Source: a virus
DNA length: 64,000 bases
IMG/VR virus record: IMGVR_UViG_3300031669_005140
Reading direction: 5' to 3' (one strand)
This document shows positions 50,201 to 59,634 of the stretch, one piece after another. The position numbers and the translations under genes are program-made. The notes beneath the pieces were generated by a model. The model did no database searches, was not told the DNA's origin, and saw only the letters and a program-made list of their open reading frames with translations. The first letter of the stretch is position 1; each line of letters starts with the position of its first letter.

Positions 50201-53200
50201 GAGGTAGACTTCGGTGATTCTATGTCTATCTTCAGCGATGGGAAAGCAGAAAATCCAGCCAAGGAATTTCAGAAGAAAGTGTCCTCTTTAGTCGATAAGT
50301 ATAAGGAGAAACTGGGGCTTAATCCAAAAGACTATGCTACGGTTATTCGCAGGCTAGCTGGTGTTAAGGATGAGGCTGGGGCCAAGAAACTGATAGATCA
50401 TATTCTATCTAAGTCAACCGAGCGTCTAGCCAAGAGTGCCGAGGAGGTGGCTACAGAAAAGAAAAGAGCAGCCATTACCAAAACGGTAAAGACGGAGTTA
50501 GATAAGCTGGGCGAGAGAATAGGCAAGTTGAGGGAAAGCAAAAAGGACAAGTTTTCCGAAAAGGAGTTAAAAAGCAACGTTGCCAAGTTTATTACAGCTA
50601 ACTCCAGCAGACTTAAAGACGTTTCTGGGAGTGCCTATCCAACTATCTTGCGCAAGTTGAACAAGATTACCCCTGCCACATTTGATCGCACCATATCGGC
50701 TGTAAATGACTTTTTAGGAAATGCTGAGGTAGTGAAGCAACTGGGAGATGTTGGTGATCGCCTTGCTAAGTTGAAGCTATGGAAGATGGGAGAGTTTGTT
50801 GCCACCGTTGGGGGATTGAAGGACTTGAAGTTTTCTGGTAGAGCAGCATGGACGAGGCTACAAACATTCCTGAACGGGATTAAGTTGGAGAATATAGATT
50901 CTATCGATCTTATTAAGGACTTGGACGCTCTAACGAAGGATTTGTCCAAGCCAGTGCCAGAGGTGTCGAAAATTGATCCTTTCATGGACAAGTGGCAGCA
51001 AAAGATAGATGATACCCTATTCGATAAGTTGGTAAAGAAGCCCTATACGGCAGATGATGTAGCCAAGATGTCGGATAAGGTTAAGGAGATGAAGGTTCGT
51101 ATCGATGCGCTTGTTAAGAAGCTAAACGATGGTTCTGCCGTAGACCTCGACGAGATACGCCAACTAAAGAATAGCATTCGTTCCCTAAATGCAGCGGCAG
51201 ATGGGTTAGTTCGCAGGGGAGACGTTACCGTAGATGATAATGGGAAGCTAGAGTCACAAAGAAAGGATTTAGAGCAGCTACAGCCATTTCTCGATAACAA
51301 TCTACCATCGCTTAGGGATAATGCAAAAGCCGCCATACAGGATGCAGAGTTTGCTTACAAGCAGCAGCTTAAACCTACGGTCGAAGCGAAGTTGTCTACG
51401 GCTATCCGTTACTTCGACGAGACGGGCCATAAGATGTGGGGCATACTTGCACGCCAGATGCAGCAAATGATGAAGCAGGCTGGAACAGGAGAGGGGTTCT
51501 TGCAGCGGATGAGCATTGCTGACATGGATGTGATGAATGCCTGCCTAGACCAAATAATGAGTAATGGCTTTGTTCCGACTCAGTTTGGGGTCGTCTTTAA
51601 AGGAATAAAGAAGGCATTTGTTGAGGACAGGGTGGCTAAGACCATTATGCACTCAGAGAAGTTAATGGATGCCATCAGGAAGAAGCTAGGTGACAACTTC
51701 ACGGTATACGATATTGAGCGATTCATCCAGCATACGAACTCGGCCAACATGGAGTCTCTGTTTAAGCACGCAGATGACTTGGTGAACTCCCCTATATATA
51801 CGGAGATTTACAACGATATTAACACTAGCGTAAACGCATCCAGAAAGATGGGTCGGGAGATGAATGCTCCGTTGATACAGCTGGCGCACGACATGATGAC
51901 CAATAAGGAGAAGGTAGGCCGTGGCTCAGTCGGTTCCTTTATTACTCGCTATATTACCTCTCCAGAGCAGATGGACAGCAAGGTTAGAAAGGTATGGATC
52001 AAGGTGGGCATAGTTATGGCCAACCAGCGTTTTCACAACCTAGTAACGAGCAAGCCTAGGGTGATAGAAAGTAATGGTAAGTATTTGCTTATAAAGCCAG
52101 ATGGGACCAAGGTATTGGATGAGAACGGAACACCTATGCTGTTTGACACGCCAAAGGATGTTATGGATTATCACGATACCCATAAGGCATCGTTATACTC
52201 GGAAGATATGCTGGACTTGTTCCATTTGGTAAACTTTGGGGCATTTAAGGATGAGGCCAAAAAGACATCGCTTTCCACTAACGCAAAAAGGAGTTTACGG
52301 GAAGTTACTCTGTTTCAGGAAGCATACAACGAGATGGTTGGAAAGGATGGCAGGCGGGTGGTTATATCCTCAGATGCGGATGTGGCCAAGTTCCTTTCTG
52401 GGCCGGAGATGAAAGCATACGATAAAATAAGGAAGATATACGATGACACAGAACTTCAGCAAATGCTAGAGGTTATTGGTGCTGTGTTTGGCGTTCCTGC
52501 TGTTTTTGAACGTGGAGGATACTATCCGTTCAACGTAAAGAGTGGAGACAACCCGCTGGATGTAGGAGATGTTATTAACAGCGTGCTTAAGGACAAGGGG
52601 GATAGGGACGTTCTACCTGGAATGACTGGAAACATATTTGCAAAGAACGAGAACGTTATTAAGTATATTGACTTCGATGCGTTCAGGGCTACCTACCGAT
52701 ACATAAACCAGCTTAATACCTCGTTTGGGGTAATCCCTGGCCTGGAGGGTATGCTAGAGGGCTTGGCATCCATGAAGAAGGAATACGGTGGCGATAAAGG
52801 GCAGTTTATCGGGGCCATCAGAAACGACTTAGTATTTGGGGTGAAGTTGGCCTATAACGGTCATGCCATATACGAGTGGAATAACTCTAAGGCAGGTAAG
52901 TATGCACGGTATGCGCTAAAGAACTACTCTACGTTCAAGCTGCTTCGTGCTCCAAGACCACTTATTGACTTCAGTTCACAGTGGCTAACCAATTTTACTT
53001 ATACGGGGAACTTTTACTCAAAGAGCTGGAAGAAGGGCAACCAGATGGCATGGGTAGATTTCTTTAAGCACTACGAGAACTCTGGTGGAGCATCAGCAGA
53101 AGCATTTGATAGGGTTGCCGGACGTTATAACCTAGAGGGATATGACCCATTAATGGGTAAATCTACTATCGAAAGGATAGGGGATAAGTACCTTACATGG

Positions 53201-54745
53201 TCTGACAGCAAGAACCAAACGCTATGGTGGCCAGTAAAGTTCTTGAAGGAGTACAAGAGGATAAGCGGGAAAGATTTTGATGTTCATGCCTACAATGCTC
53301 CAGATGGTGCATACAGAAACGCCATGCTGGAAGACCCTGCGTTTAGCAAGGCTAAGGCACTGGCCAATCAAATGATAGAGCAGACATTTAAGGCCACTTC
53401 TGCGGTAACAGATAAGCGGTACTTAGGAAGATTAGTTCACGGGGTAGATGCTTTTAATAGAGAGGGCTGGGTTACGAAGATGTTTATGCCCATGAGCGCC
53501 TTCAATGTGGCATCCTCTGCCTCATTCTTTGCAGAGGCTCGTAATCTTTTTTCTGCCGACTTGAATCATAAGGGTGTTCCTGCTGCTAAGTTAACAGGAA
53601 TTGTGGCCAGAGATATGTCATACATGCTCATGTTCAACCTGTGGTGGAATACACTAGCCGTTGGAGCTGGTGCTGCTGTAGACGCCTACGGTGACGACAA
53701 AGAATGGACTGAGTATAACTATGCCAAGGAAGGATTTGGAAAAATATTCTCATGGCAGGGAGTGACATCCAACCTAGGAGCAAGTGTTCTTGGATTAATG
53801 CTGGGAGGATATGCTAACTTTGGGAGAACGGTTGCGGGTATGCTCGTAGGGACATTACCGAGGGCAGCCATCACCCATATGGCTAGATGGAAAGACCCAG
53901 CAGCAGAGAAGAGAACCTTGGCTACGTGGAATAACATCCAGAGGGTATCTGGGGTAAATAGGGCTATTAACGATGTTAGGATAACCAACGGACAGATAAA
54001 ACTGGAGGACTTAGCCAACGTAGCTTTCCCAATGCTAGGAGGGATGTTGCAGGATACCTACCACTCTGGAGTGGACTTGTATAACGCTATCGATCAAGTT
54101 AACAAGGGGCACGTGGATGATGATAACGCTCCCTACCTTATGATGCTAGACGCCACCATGAAGTTAGGAGCCTTTACCTCTGGGGCCATACTACCTGGAT
54201 ATGCTGACATTACAGGACTGCTAGAGAACGCACAGAGAGCCTATACCTATAAGGACGGCACAATGATGTCCAATGCTACCGTAGATATGATGCGGGAGGA
54301 TATGGCTATTTACCACGAGTATCTGAAGCGGTCTGAAATAGACTTGGAGAATGCAAGAGACTACCGGACAGGTAAGATATTTGGAGTTCCATACGAGCGC
54401 GTTATCAGCTTCGTTGATATATGCAAGGGAGAGATAGGGAAAACCATGGCCGTATACTCATATGCCACCTCAACTAAGTATGACATTCCAAAGATAGAGC
54501 GAAGGGAGATGCTTAAAGCCGTGGCCGATGAGCTATCTAACTACTCCGAGGTGCTAACGAGCGACAGGGAGTACTACCCATCACAGGCCATATATGATAT
54601 CTATCAAACGAGGGATTTGGCCAATATGCAGCGAGACCTACTCCATACGATAGGGATGGATGATCTCTACCATGATTTACAGATGCAGAAGGAAGAGAAG
54701 GAGGCAGCAGAAAAGAAGGCAGAATCAGAAAAGGCAACAAAATAG
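47279..54745 (+). CDS. giant ejection/cargo protein (2488 aa)
   Basis: Membrane-like GA-rich segments, acidic linker, helical C-terminal region; last gene of the triad. Confidence 0.65.
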   Translation: MPIRKFSVNGEVLSIPDEQVGDFLKDIPQATEVNQFVVGKDTLTIPLDQVDEFLKDVPTAKPLDAVKKKEDSQKSPSEPVSLDLQSQSTDLPKSVEQYSQELPGVQNDLSQPLVSSESKSKSFSQQVAGSGITNKQIDVSSTPISGAALDLNVRKNTRKNIAEILPSLQEQKDEISKQINDWNQQHKYIYEGSGEKIPAPIVSGAGANFNSMADMPMPTELVELQNKWKNINTAQDMLQRAYDAADPEKSSHGSNTFGWGGRFLSSFKDADWMDVLTMGIKGMVETTDVINIDQKAQGEGLTTLDAPDKALLAAYATLKDVQGFRDHSVASSAGDMTISAIPFLVQYALTGGIGAATKLSIEKGGAALLAKFGANSAASSMLRAGIKGSAFVAQGTVRSLFTTMAPEAVLDRKLGTEAIVGGIDKDGQLNVKSIAPGEGWGEAAAKGLTTNALTFVWAGAGGMITKGLGEVGTKIGGAVAPKLMSRMNAYASVLSKTEAGQWMAKTFADKAVLGRAKTAMGWHGFVGQIGEMLGMTYSQAAVTGDKPILDAVSRKDLLTMMASVGAMSGTFLALNASFKGKAKPEAIDIDPELAKGIDDIISKNKDATDIAVELDSFFAANAANDKEANSLFYYAASKLREKGKNAGTDVTDGLDGKESAAVKATLDEYVAGQKEMLSKEGAHPSDLADIREGDIDADALDHGIAKKVEDAVPDVVAKINELETAKAKLYDSNLEEGNVSDISMQESEINGQLKDLYAQKNAKRQEILDSWKPEKTKSKTEDVNNEEAIKTGIGETVQESGRGSSEVGSKEPSSSSSSRGNEEVRQKENGSNGQEGQKPKEERPVGKAGEGNGQENVKPIDEQIRSLEAERDAKIAEIPSDKTADIQAVKDEYGKKIDELKINVGGTENATGEIGKQEYKGTLQGQQEEGKSTGSERKVTQPEADNSNSGERSGEIKAQEEVVPKKEKSQSWAMEVDFGDSMSIFSDGKAENPAKEFQKKVSSLVDKYKEKLGLNPKDYATVIRRLAGVKDEAGAKKLIDHILSKSTERLAKSAEEVATEKKRAAITKTVKTELDKLGERIGKLRESKKDKFSEKELKSNVAKFITANSSRLKDVSGSAYPTILRKLNKITPATFDRTISAVNDFLGNAEVVKQLGDVGDRLAKLKLWKMGEFVATVGGLKDLKFSGRAAWTRLQTFLNGIKLENIDSIDLIKDLDALTKDLSKPVPEVSKIDPFMDKWQQKIDDTLFDKLVKKPYTADDVAKMSDKVKEMKVRIDALVKKLNDGSAVDLDEIRQLKNSIRSLNAAADGLVRRGDVTVDDNGKLESQRKDLEQLQPFLDNNLPSLRDNAKAAIQDAEFAYKQQLKPTVEAKLSTAIRYFDETGHKMWGILARQMQQMMKQAGTGEGFLQRMSIADMDVMNACLDQIMSNGFVPTQFGVVFKGIKKAFVEDRVAKTIMHSEKLMDAIRKKLGDNFTVYDIERFIQHTNSANMESLFKHADDLVNSPIYTEIYNDINTSVNASRKMGREMNAPLIQLAHDMMTNKEKVGRGSVGSFITRYITSPEQMDSKVRKVWIKVGIVMANQRFHNLVTSKPRVIESNGKYLLIKPDGTKVLDENGTPMLFDTPKDVMDYHDTHKASLYSEDMLDLFHLVNFGAFKDEAKKTSLSTNAKRSLREVTLFQEAYNEMVGKDGRRVVISSDADVAKFLSGPEMKAYDKIRKIYDDTELQQMLEVIGAVFGVPAVFERGGYYPFNVKSGDNPLDVGDVINSVLKDKGDRDVLPGMTGNIFAKNENVIKYIDFDAFRATYRYINQLNTSFGVIPGLEGMLEGLASMKKEYGGDKGQFIGAIRNDLVFGVKLAYNGHAIYEWNNSKAGKYARYALKNYSTFKLLRAPRPLIDFSSQWLTNFTYTGNFYSKSWKKGNQMAWVDFFKHYENSGGASAEAFDRVAGRYNLEGYDPLMGKSTIERIGDKYLTWSDSKNQTLWWPVKFLKEYKRISGKDFDVHAYNAPDGAYRNAMLEDPAFSKAKALANQMIEQTFKATSAVTDKRYLGRLVHGVDAFNREGWVTKMFMPMSAFNVASSASFFAEARNLFSADLNHKGVPAAKLTGIVARDMSYMLMFNLWWNTLAVGAGAAVDAYGDDKEWTEYNYAKEGFGKIFSWQGVTSNLGASVLGLMLGGYANFGRTVAGMLVGTLPRAAITHMARWKDPAAEKRTLATWNNIQRVSGVNRAINDVRITNGQIKLEDLANVAFPMLGGMLQDTYHSGVDLYNAIDQVNKGHVDDDNAPYLMMLDATMKLGAFTSGAILPGYADITGLLENAQRAYTYKDGTMMSNATVDMMREDMAIYHEYLKRSEIDLENARDYRTGKIFGVPYERVISFVDICKGEIGKTMAVYSYATSTKYDIPKIERREMLKAVADELSNYSEVLTSDREYYPSQAIYDIYQTRDLANMQRDLLHTIGMDDLYHDLQMQKEEKEAAEKKAESEKATK
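49632..49850 (+). CDS. nested small lysine-rich protein 1 (+1 frame)
   Basis: MKKQSKLGSGKRFKKVEEAAAKSGAKNPAAVAAAVGMKKYGKKKM...; GGAGG and A-rich leader upstream. Confidence 0.7.
   Translation: MKKQSKLGSGKRFKKVEEAAAKSGAKNPAAVAAAVGMKKYGKKKMEAMAKKGKNRKKKDLSEKQEKAMGKKT
50004..50165 (+). CDS. nested small lysine-rich protein 2 (+1 frame), DUF6496-like
   Basis: MPLGKSVSKNIKELYKDNKKKGKARGANGKLRSRKQIIAIAESAAGKSRRKKK* (53 aa); GGAGG at 49991. Confidence 0.7.
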   Translation: MPLGKSVSKNIKELYKDNKKKGKARGANGKLRSRKQIIAIAESAAGKSRRKKK

Positions 54746-54783
54746 TTTTTGGTATCTTTGTAACAGTTTTAAAACTAAAAGAC

Positions 54784-55116
54784 ATGAGCGTAATTGGATT
54801 TATGATAGGGAGTAAGGTTAACCAGAACAAGCCTGATTTTGTTACTCCTTCGGAGCAGAAAGCAGTCGATGTTTCTGCTACTGCTTTTCAGTGGTTGGAT
54901 GCCAATGGCAATCCGCAACCATTTAAATTGAATGTGGCAAGTGCCTGTAAGTTGATGGTGGTGCTGTGGGGCGATCAAGATGCCACGGACTCCAAGAAGG
55001 TGCTAACACCCTTCCACGAAGGAGATAATGCTAAGGCTATCTATAAGATATTGGTAGATGGAGGAAATACTCCTTTAACAGGAGCAACAGCAGGTGATAT
55101 AAACGCATGGAGGTAG
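54784..55116 (+). CDS. small structural protein
   Basis: 110 aa, after promoter TATCTTTG (54753-54760). Confidence 0.55.
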   Translation: MSVIGFMIGSKVNQNKPDFVTPSEQKAVDVSATAFQWLDANGNPQPFKLNVASACKLMVVLWGDQDATDSKKVLTPFHEGDNAKAIYKILVDGGNTPLTGATAGDINAWR

Positions 55117-55120
55117 CATA

Positions 55121-57145
55121 ATGGCAGTAGGAGTAGGAGTAGCAGTCGGATTATTTAATCAGTTGGCCTTGGGAGGTGGGATACCTTTTGAAACAGATTT
55201 AGCCCAATGGATAAAAAAAGATTCATTAAGTGGGTCTACATTGACAGATTCACTAGGGATTGATTCTCCTACAGTTCTATATCCATACCTATATCGGCCA
55301 ACTGATACTTCCTATGCTTATTATACTGACACGAACAATAATTTAGATATCCTTACTGGTGGATTTTCTGTTTTTGGATGGATTCATGTAGAAAATAAAA
55401 CTACTCTTGGGGTGCATTTTGGAAAGTCTAACTCAAATGCAACTGTAGGTAGATATGCTATTTATACTAATGATGCGACTGGATTTGTAGTCTTTCAGGT
55501 GCAAACAACAACTGCAACATTTATCGTCACTAGCAACGTTGACGCGTCAGTTGGGTGGCATTTTGTCATAGGAACCGTTGACATAGTTGGGAATAAAATA
55601 CACCTATATATAGATGGGGTTGAGTCTGGAACTGGGACAGCAATATCTGGAACATTCCCAACAACTACGATCCCTTTCATGTTAGGTAGAACCAGTGTAT
55701 TTACGTTTAAATCGAAGGCTTCCTACTATAATGTTGGAACAATTCAGCGATTACTTACCACACAAGAGAGAATTAATGCCCTTAGTGGAGTATTCCCGTC
55801 TGATGTATCTGCCTTGTGGTCATGTTCCTCACTTGGAATGTATGACAGTTCACCAAATGCTAGGCATATGTCTGTGGTCGTTGGGATGAGTGACGCGGCA
55901 ATAAAATACGATGCTACGAATGGATGTAAGTTAGGCCTGAATAATGGATATTCATCATTTAGGAGGGAAGACATTTTTATCACTACCGGATACCAATTTG
56001 ATTATTTTGCTACTGAAGTTCCTTTTCACATACCCTACTTATCAATTAATACTCCTATTGTAACTCCGAGTGGATGTGTTAAATTGAATGATATTAACGG
56101 AAGTTCAACTAATCATAATTTAGCAGATTCAGAATTAGAGTTTGCTGGGGCATTTTGGGATAGAAGCAACACCACCACATGGAGTGATAAAGCAAGAGGT
56201 TTTTATTACGACAGCCTGTATCCAAAGAGGTTTCATGTATCAGAACTAAATATCGAAAAATTAGACTATTCCCCTAATGCCGATTACATAAATAGAGTTT
56301 TTCCTAAAATAAGCATTAATTCTTATAATAGGAGGCTTCAATTGCAGGAGTTACTACAATACGCCTCTAAGAAATCAGGAAGCGATTTATCTAGGGTATT
56401 AAATTATACGAAAGATATTGGTAAAGATTTTTATAGGCCAGTCAATGGAGCTGGGGTCTGTCTAAACTTTGACGATACTGTAAGATCAACATCATGGAAG
56501 GCTGCCGATGATATATTATTCCCATTATTCGGATGGAAGGCTACTTTTTATTTGAACGGAGCCATAGATGGAACTAATCTTATTAATGTTCAGGCTTTAA
56601 TGGCTAGCGGACATGAGATAGCTAACCATAGTGTTCATCATGGGGATTGGGTTGCTTATCTTGAAACTCATACAGTAGAGGAATTGTTCAATTATGATAT
56701 AGCTCCGCAGCAAACTTATATACAAAACACACTTGGTATAACTCCGGTTACTTTTGGGATATATTATAGAGCAATTCACAATCAGGAGCTTGTAGACTAT
56801 GTGCTGTCTCACGGATTTTCCCATTATCGAGATGCATTTGTTGATCCTGATTGGGAAAATAGTTGCATATATAAGGGTAATGGGGGTAACGCTTATAACA
56901 CCATATTAGGAGATGCTATACCGAATGGGATAGATGGGGATAATCTAATGATAAGTATGTTGAGGCGAGCGAATGAAGAAAATAAGGTAGTAATAATCAC
57001 ATTTCACACCGTAGGGACTACTAACGACGTATCAAACCTTACTGTTAGCCAAGCTAGATTGACTAAATTATGTCAGTATGTAGCAGACAATAACATGAAG
57101 TTCTACACGATGAATGAATTGAATGATAATATTTTCGGACTATAA
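55121..57145 (+). CDS. LamG/ConA-like lectin fused to a NodB polysaccharide deacetylase (CE4)
   Basis: WHFVIGT...LYIDG (LamG); LNFDD, ATFYL, GHEIANHSVHH and ITFH (CE4 motifs). Confidence 0.85.
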   Translation: MAVGVGVAVGLFNQLALGGGIPFETDLAQWIKKDSLSGSTLTDSLGIDSPTVLYPYLYRPTDTSYAYYTDTNNNLDILTGGFSVFGWIHVENKTTLGVHFGKSNSNATVGRYAIYTNDATGFVVFQVQTTTATFIVTSNVDASVGWHFVIGTVDIVGNKIHLYIDGVESGTGTAISGTFPTTTIPFMLGRTSVFTFKSKASYYNVGTIQRLLTTQERINALSGVFPSDVSALWSCSSLGMYDSSPNARHMSVVVGMSDAAIKYDATNGCKLGLNNGYSSFRREDIFITTGYQFDYFATEVPFHIPYLSINTPIVTPSGCVKLNDINGSSTNHNLADSELEFAGAFWDRSNTTTWSDKARGFYYDSLYPKRFHVSELNIEKLDYSPNADYINRVFPKISINSYNRRLQLQELLQYASKKSGSDLSRVLNYTKDIGKDFYRPVNGAGVCLNFDDTVRSTSWKAADDILFPLFGWKATFYLNGAIDGTNLINVQALMASGHEIANHSVHHGDWVAYLETHTVEELFNYDIAPQQTYIQNTLGITPVTFGIYYRAIHNQELVDYVLSHGFSHYRDAFVDPDWENSCIYKGNGGNAYNTILGDAIPNGIDGDNLMISMLRRANEENKVVIITFHTVGTTNDVSNLTVSQARLTKLCQYVADNNMKFYTMNELNDNIFGL

Positions 57146-57258
57146 CCTAAAGACAAATGAATGGATTAACACTAATCACATATAAGATGAAAACACCAAC
57201 AGTTATTATTAGAACTTCATAATATGCCTACACTACAGATTATTGATACCGATACGCT

Positions 57259-57741
57259 ATGATCTACTTAATTATACCTGTTCTAATTCTCTTTATATTC
57301 CTCCTTTGGGTGGTAGATAACCACGGAGTATTACAGAGCTGGTCTGACTCCTATCGGGAGATAAAAGATAAGTGGAAGTTTCAGCTGACCTTAGTTTTAC
57401 TCGGACTAGGAGTTGGGTTATTTGGATGGTTTACTGTTCATTCCTACTTATTGCCTTTCTCTGGACTTGGTTTAATCACGGTAGGATTAGCCCCCAGATT
57501 CTGGCTAAAGACTCAGGGTATCATTCATTCAGTAGGGGCGATATTGGGCGCACTGGCTGGATTACTTTCAGTAGGTGTAGATTTTCATCTGTGGTGGGTG
57601 TCGGCACTCGCTATTGCCTTAATAGGCATCATTAAGTTTAAGAAGATAAGTAACGCTACGTGGTGGATGGAGACAACGGCGTTCCTTGCCATCATCATAG
57701 GTATTTTAGCAACCAGTAACAAGAAAAAAGGAGACAAGTAG
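57259..57741 (+). CDS. multi-pass membrane protein
   Basis: About 5 hydrophobic segments; S.SDSY..I pattern. Confidence 0.7.
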   Translation: MIYLIIPVLILFIFLLWVVDNHGVLQSWSDSYREIKDKWKFQLTLVLLGLGVGLFGWFTVHSYLLPFSGLGLITVGLAPRFWLKTQGIIHSVGAILGALAGLLSVGVDFHLWWVSALAIALIGIIKFKKISNATWWMETTAFLAIIIGILATSNKKKGDK

Positions 57742-57774
57742 GTGCAGTAAAAACAGCGTAAAAACAAATGATCT

Positions 57775-58128
57775 ATGGTTGACAAGTTAAAGAGCGAAGT
57801 AAAAGTTCCAGCTTACGTGCTGACTCTAGTAGTAGCGATACTGCTGGCCTTGGCTGGTGGTCTTGTTTCAATGGGTATCTCCGTGGCACAGATACGGGTC
57901 AATGCGGAAGATATCCGAGATTTAAAGCACGATACGGAGGCACTGAAGGATGTGCTGGTGAATACCGTTTCAGCCTCGGTCAACCAAGTGCAGAACAACA
58001 AGGAGGAGATCAGGAAGATAGAGGATATCATTAATAACAAGGTAGACGAGAAGCGTTACCAGCTAGATATGCAGCAGATTAATGCACGCTTGGCTGCACG
58101 GGAGGCACGTCTGAAAGGTAAAGAATAG
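57775..58128 (+). CDS. membrane-anchored coiled-coil lysis-associated protein
   Basis: N-terminal transmembrane segment plus coiled coil, upstream of the endolysin. Confidence 0.5.
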   Translation: MVDKLKSEVKVPAYVLTLVVAILLALAGGLVSMGISVAQIRVNAEDIRDLKHDTEALKDVLVNTVSASVNQVQNNKEEIRKIEDIINNKVDEKRYQLDMQQINARLAAREARLKGKE

Positions 58129-58130
58129 CC

Positions 58131-58574
58131 ATGGAAGATATACATTTTAGGGTAAGGAGGGTAGCATTACAGCCAACCTATGCTATCGGTAAAATGGAAT
58201 ACAATACCGGTAGCGAATGGGTGTACCTATGCGATACGCTGGAGGACACCGTAAGGGACTTAAATAGAGATGGGAAGTTCGATAACGGAGAGAAGAAGAT
58301 TTGGGGCAAGACGGCCATACCCTACGGAACCTATAAGTTCATTGTAAACCACAGCCCTCATCTTGGCTACGATACTCCACTGTTGCTAGATGTGAGCGAT
58401 TTTGATGGCATTAGGATACATATCGGCAACTACACCACCGACACGGACGGGTGTATACTGGTAGGAAAGAACACCATTAAGGGTCAGGTAACGCAGTCCA
58501 CGGTATGCTTTAATGCGCTGATGGCGTTGCTGGCTAAGTATCCACAACCATCTTACACCATAAATATATGCTGA
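58131..58574 (+). CDS. DUF5675 family putative endolysin (transpeptidase-like)
   Basis: CDTLED, TAIPYGTY, GIRIHIGN..DTDGCILVG motifs. Confidence 0.85.
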   Translation: MEDIHFRVRRVALQPTYAIGKMEYNTGSEWVYLCDTLEDTVRDLNRDGKFDNGEKKIWGKTAIPYGTYKFIVNHSPHLGYDTPLLLDVSDFDGIRIHIGNYTTDTDGCILVGKNTIKGQVTQSTVCFNALMALLAKYPQPSYTINIC

Positions 58575-58783
58575 ACAGACTAATTAAGGAGGGTATAGTA
58601 ACCACCATATTCGGAACTATGCTGCTGGGAATATTCCTCACCATGCTATGGCTGGGGAAGATAGACATGAATAACTTTCTGGATGGGGCAGGCTGGCTCA
58701 TCTCTGCTGGGCTTCTATTTAGGAGCAAGGATACGCTGGTAGGTGTAACCCATAAGCCCAAGGATTCGGACACGGCAGGGTAG
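58568..58783 (+). CDS. putative holin
   Basis: 71 aa, two transmembrane segments, TTIFG...SKD, adjacent to the endolysin. Confidence 0.65.
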   Translation: MLNRLIKEGIVTTIFGTMLLGIFLTMLWLGKIDMNNFLDGAGWLISAGLLFRSKDTLVGVTHKPKDSDTAG

Positions 58784-58808
58784 TATCGGCTACTATATGT
58801 AAAGAAAA

Positions 58809-58841
58809 TCCCCATTTCTTAACCGAGTGGGGCTTTTTTTT
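58809..58841 (+). terminator. intrinsic terminator overlapping the next promoter motif
   Basis: CCCCATTT...GAGTGGGG followed by a T run. Confidence 0.7.
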
Positions 58842-58883
58842 GACGAACGGATTAGGTTTTCTCATTATTTATACATAATATTG
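58838..58883 (+). promoter_or_regulatory. TTTTGACGAACG-type promoter
   Basis: 12-mer at 58838-58849, 26 nt upstream of TAATATTG. Confidence 0.6.
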
Positions 58884-58926
58884 CACTGTGAACGATTGTT
58901 ATAGGTATGTATAAATTACTTTGAAT

Positions 58927-59367
58927 ATGGCACGATATAACGATAATGCACCAATAGGAAATACTTGCCCTACAATTGATAATATCATTGGTAAGATGGA
59001 ATATGCCAAGGGAGAGGCTGAATATATTCTTAAACATCAAGAAGAAGACAGCAAACATGAGGCGAATAGTATTTTAGGCGAACTTATTGACGCCATTTCT
59101 GATATGGAAAGTATAAGAAGTGACAACCAAGAACTCAGGCAATGGGGAAACGATGAATATAACCGAGCGGAGGATGCTAATAGTTATAGAGGCGAAGCCG
59201 TTAAAAGATGCGAGGATTTAGAAACAGAAGTAGATAGCTTAAAAGCACAAATTGAAGAACTACAAGAAAAGCCTAGCGAAGTTACAGTTTGCGAATGCGA
59301 CTTTGTTAGAATATCTGATAACGTGATTGAATGTACCAAATGTGGCGATGTTATCGAGTTTAGATAG
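58927..59367 (+). CDS. coiled-coil protein with C-terminal zinc ribbon
   Basis: TCP.ID motif, coiled coil, CEC...CTKC. Confidence 0.65.
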   Translation: MARYNDNAPIGNTCPTIDNIIGKMEYAKGEAEYILKHQEEDSKHEANSILGELIDAISDMESIRSDNQELRQWGNDEYNRAEDANSYRGEAVKRCEDLETEVDSLKAQIEELQEKPSEVTVCECDFVRISDNVIECTKCGDVIEFR

Positions 59368-59418
59368 CAGGATGATCTATAACGAAAAGTGTAAACACCG
59401 TTTTAAAACTAAATAAAT

Positions 59419-59634
59419 ATGGAAAAAGAAAGAGGAATAACAATTACAAATGTTGATAAAAGCACCGATAAAAATGGTGTTTCACATAGTGTTACCAAAC
59501 GTAAGTATTGGTATCGTGATGATATTGAAGTATGCGTGCTATGTGGTAAAGAAACTCACAATAAGGAACGAGTTTACAATGAAAGTGAGAAAGGAACATT
59601 TTGGAAAGAAGGTGCTTGTTGGGAACATTTTTGA
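59419..59634 (+). CDS. small zinc-ribbon protein
   Basis: YWY...CVLCG...C.EH. Confidence 0.65.
   Translation: MEKERGITITNVDKSTDKNGVSHSVTKRKYWYRDDIEVCVLCGKETHNKERVYNESEKGTFWKEGACWEHF

Noticed and set aside
47406-54018. Numerous minus-strand ORFs inside the giant gene
   Set aside because: S/F/L-rich antisense shadows typical of K/E-rich coding DNA, unlike the two +1-frame ORFs that have leaders and protein-like motifs.
23510-58783. Stop-codon recoding as in some crAss-like phages
   Set aside because: Long genes are intact in code 11; TAG, TGA and TAA are all used as stops; no suppressor tRNA was seen.
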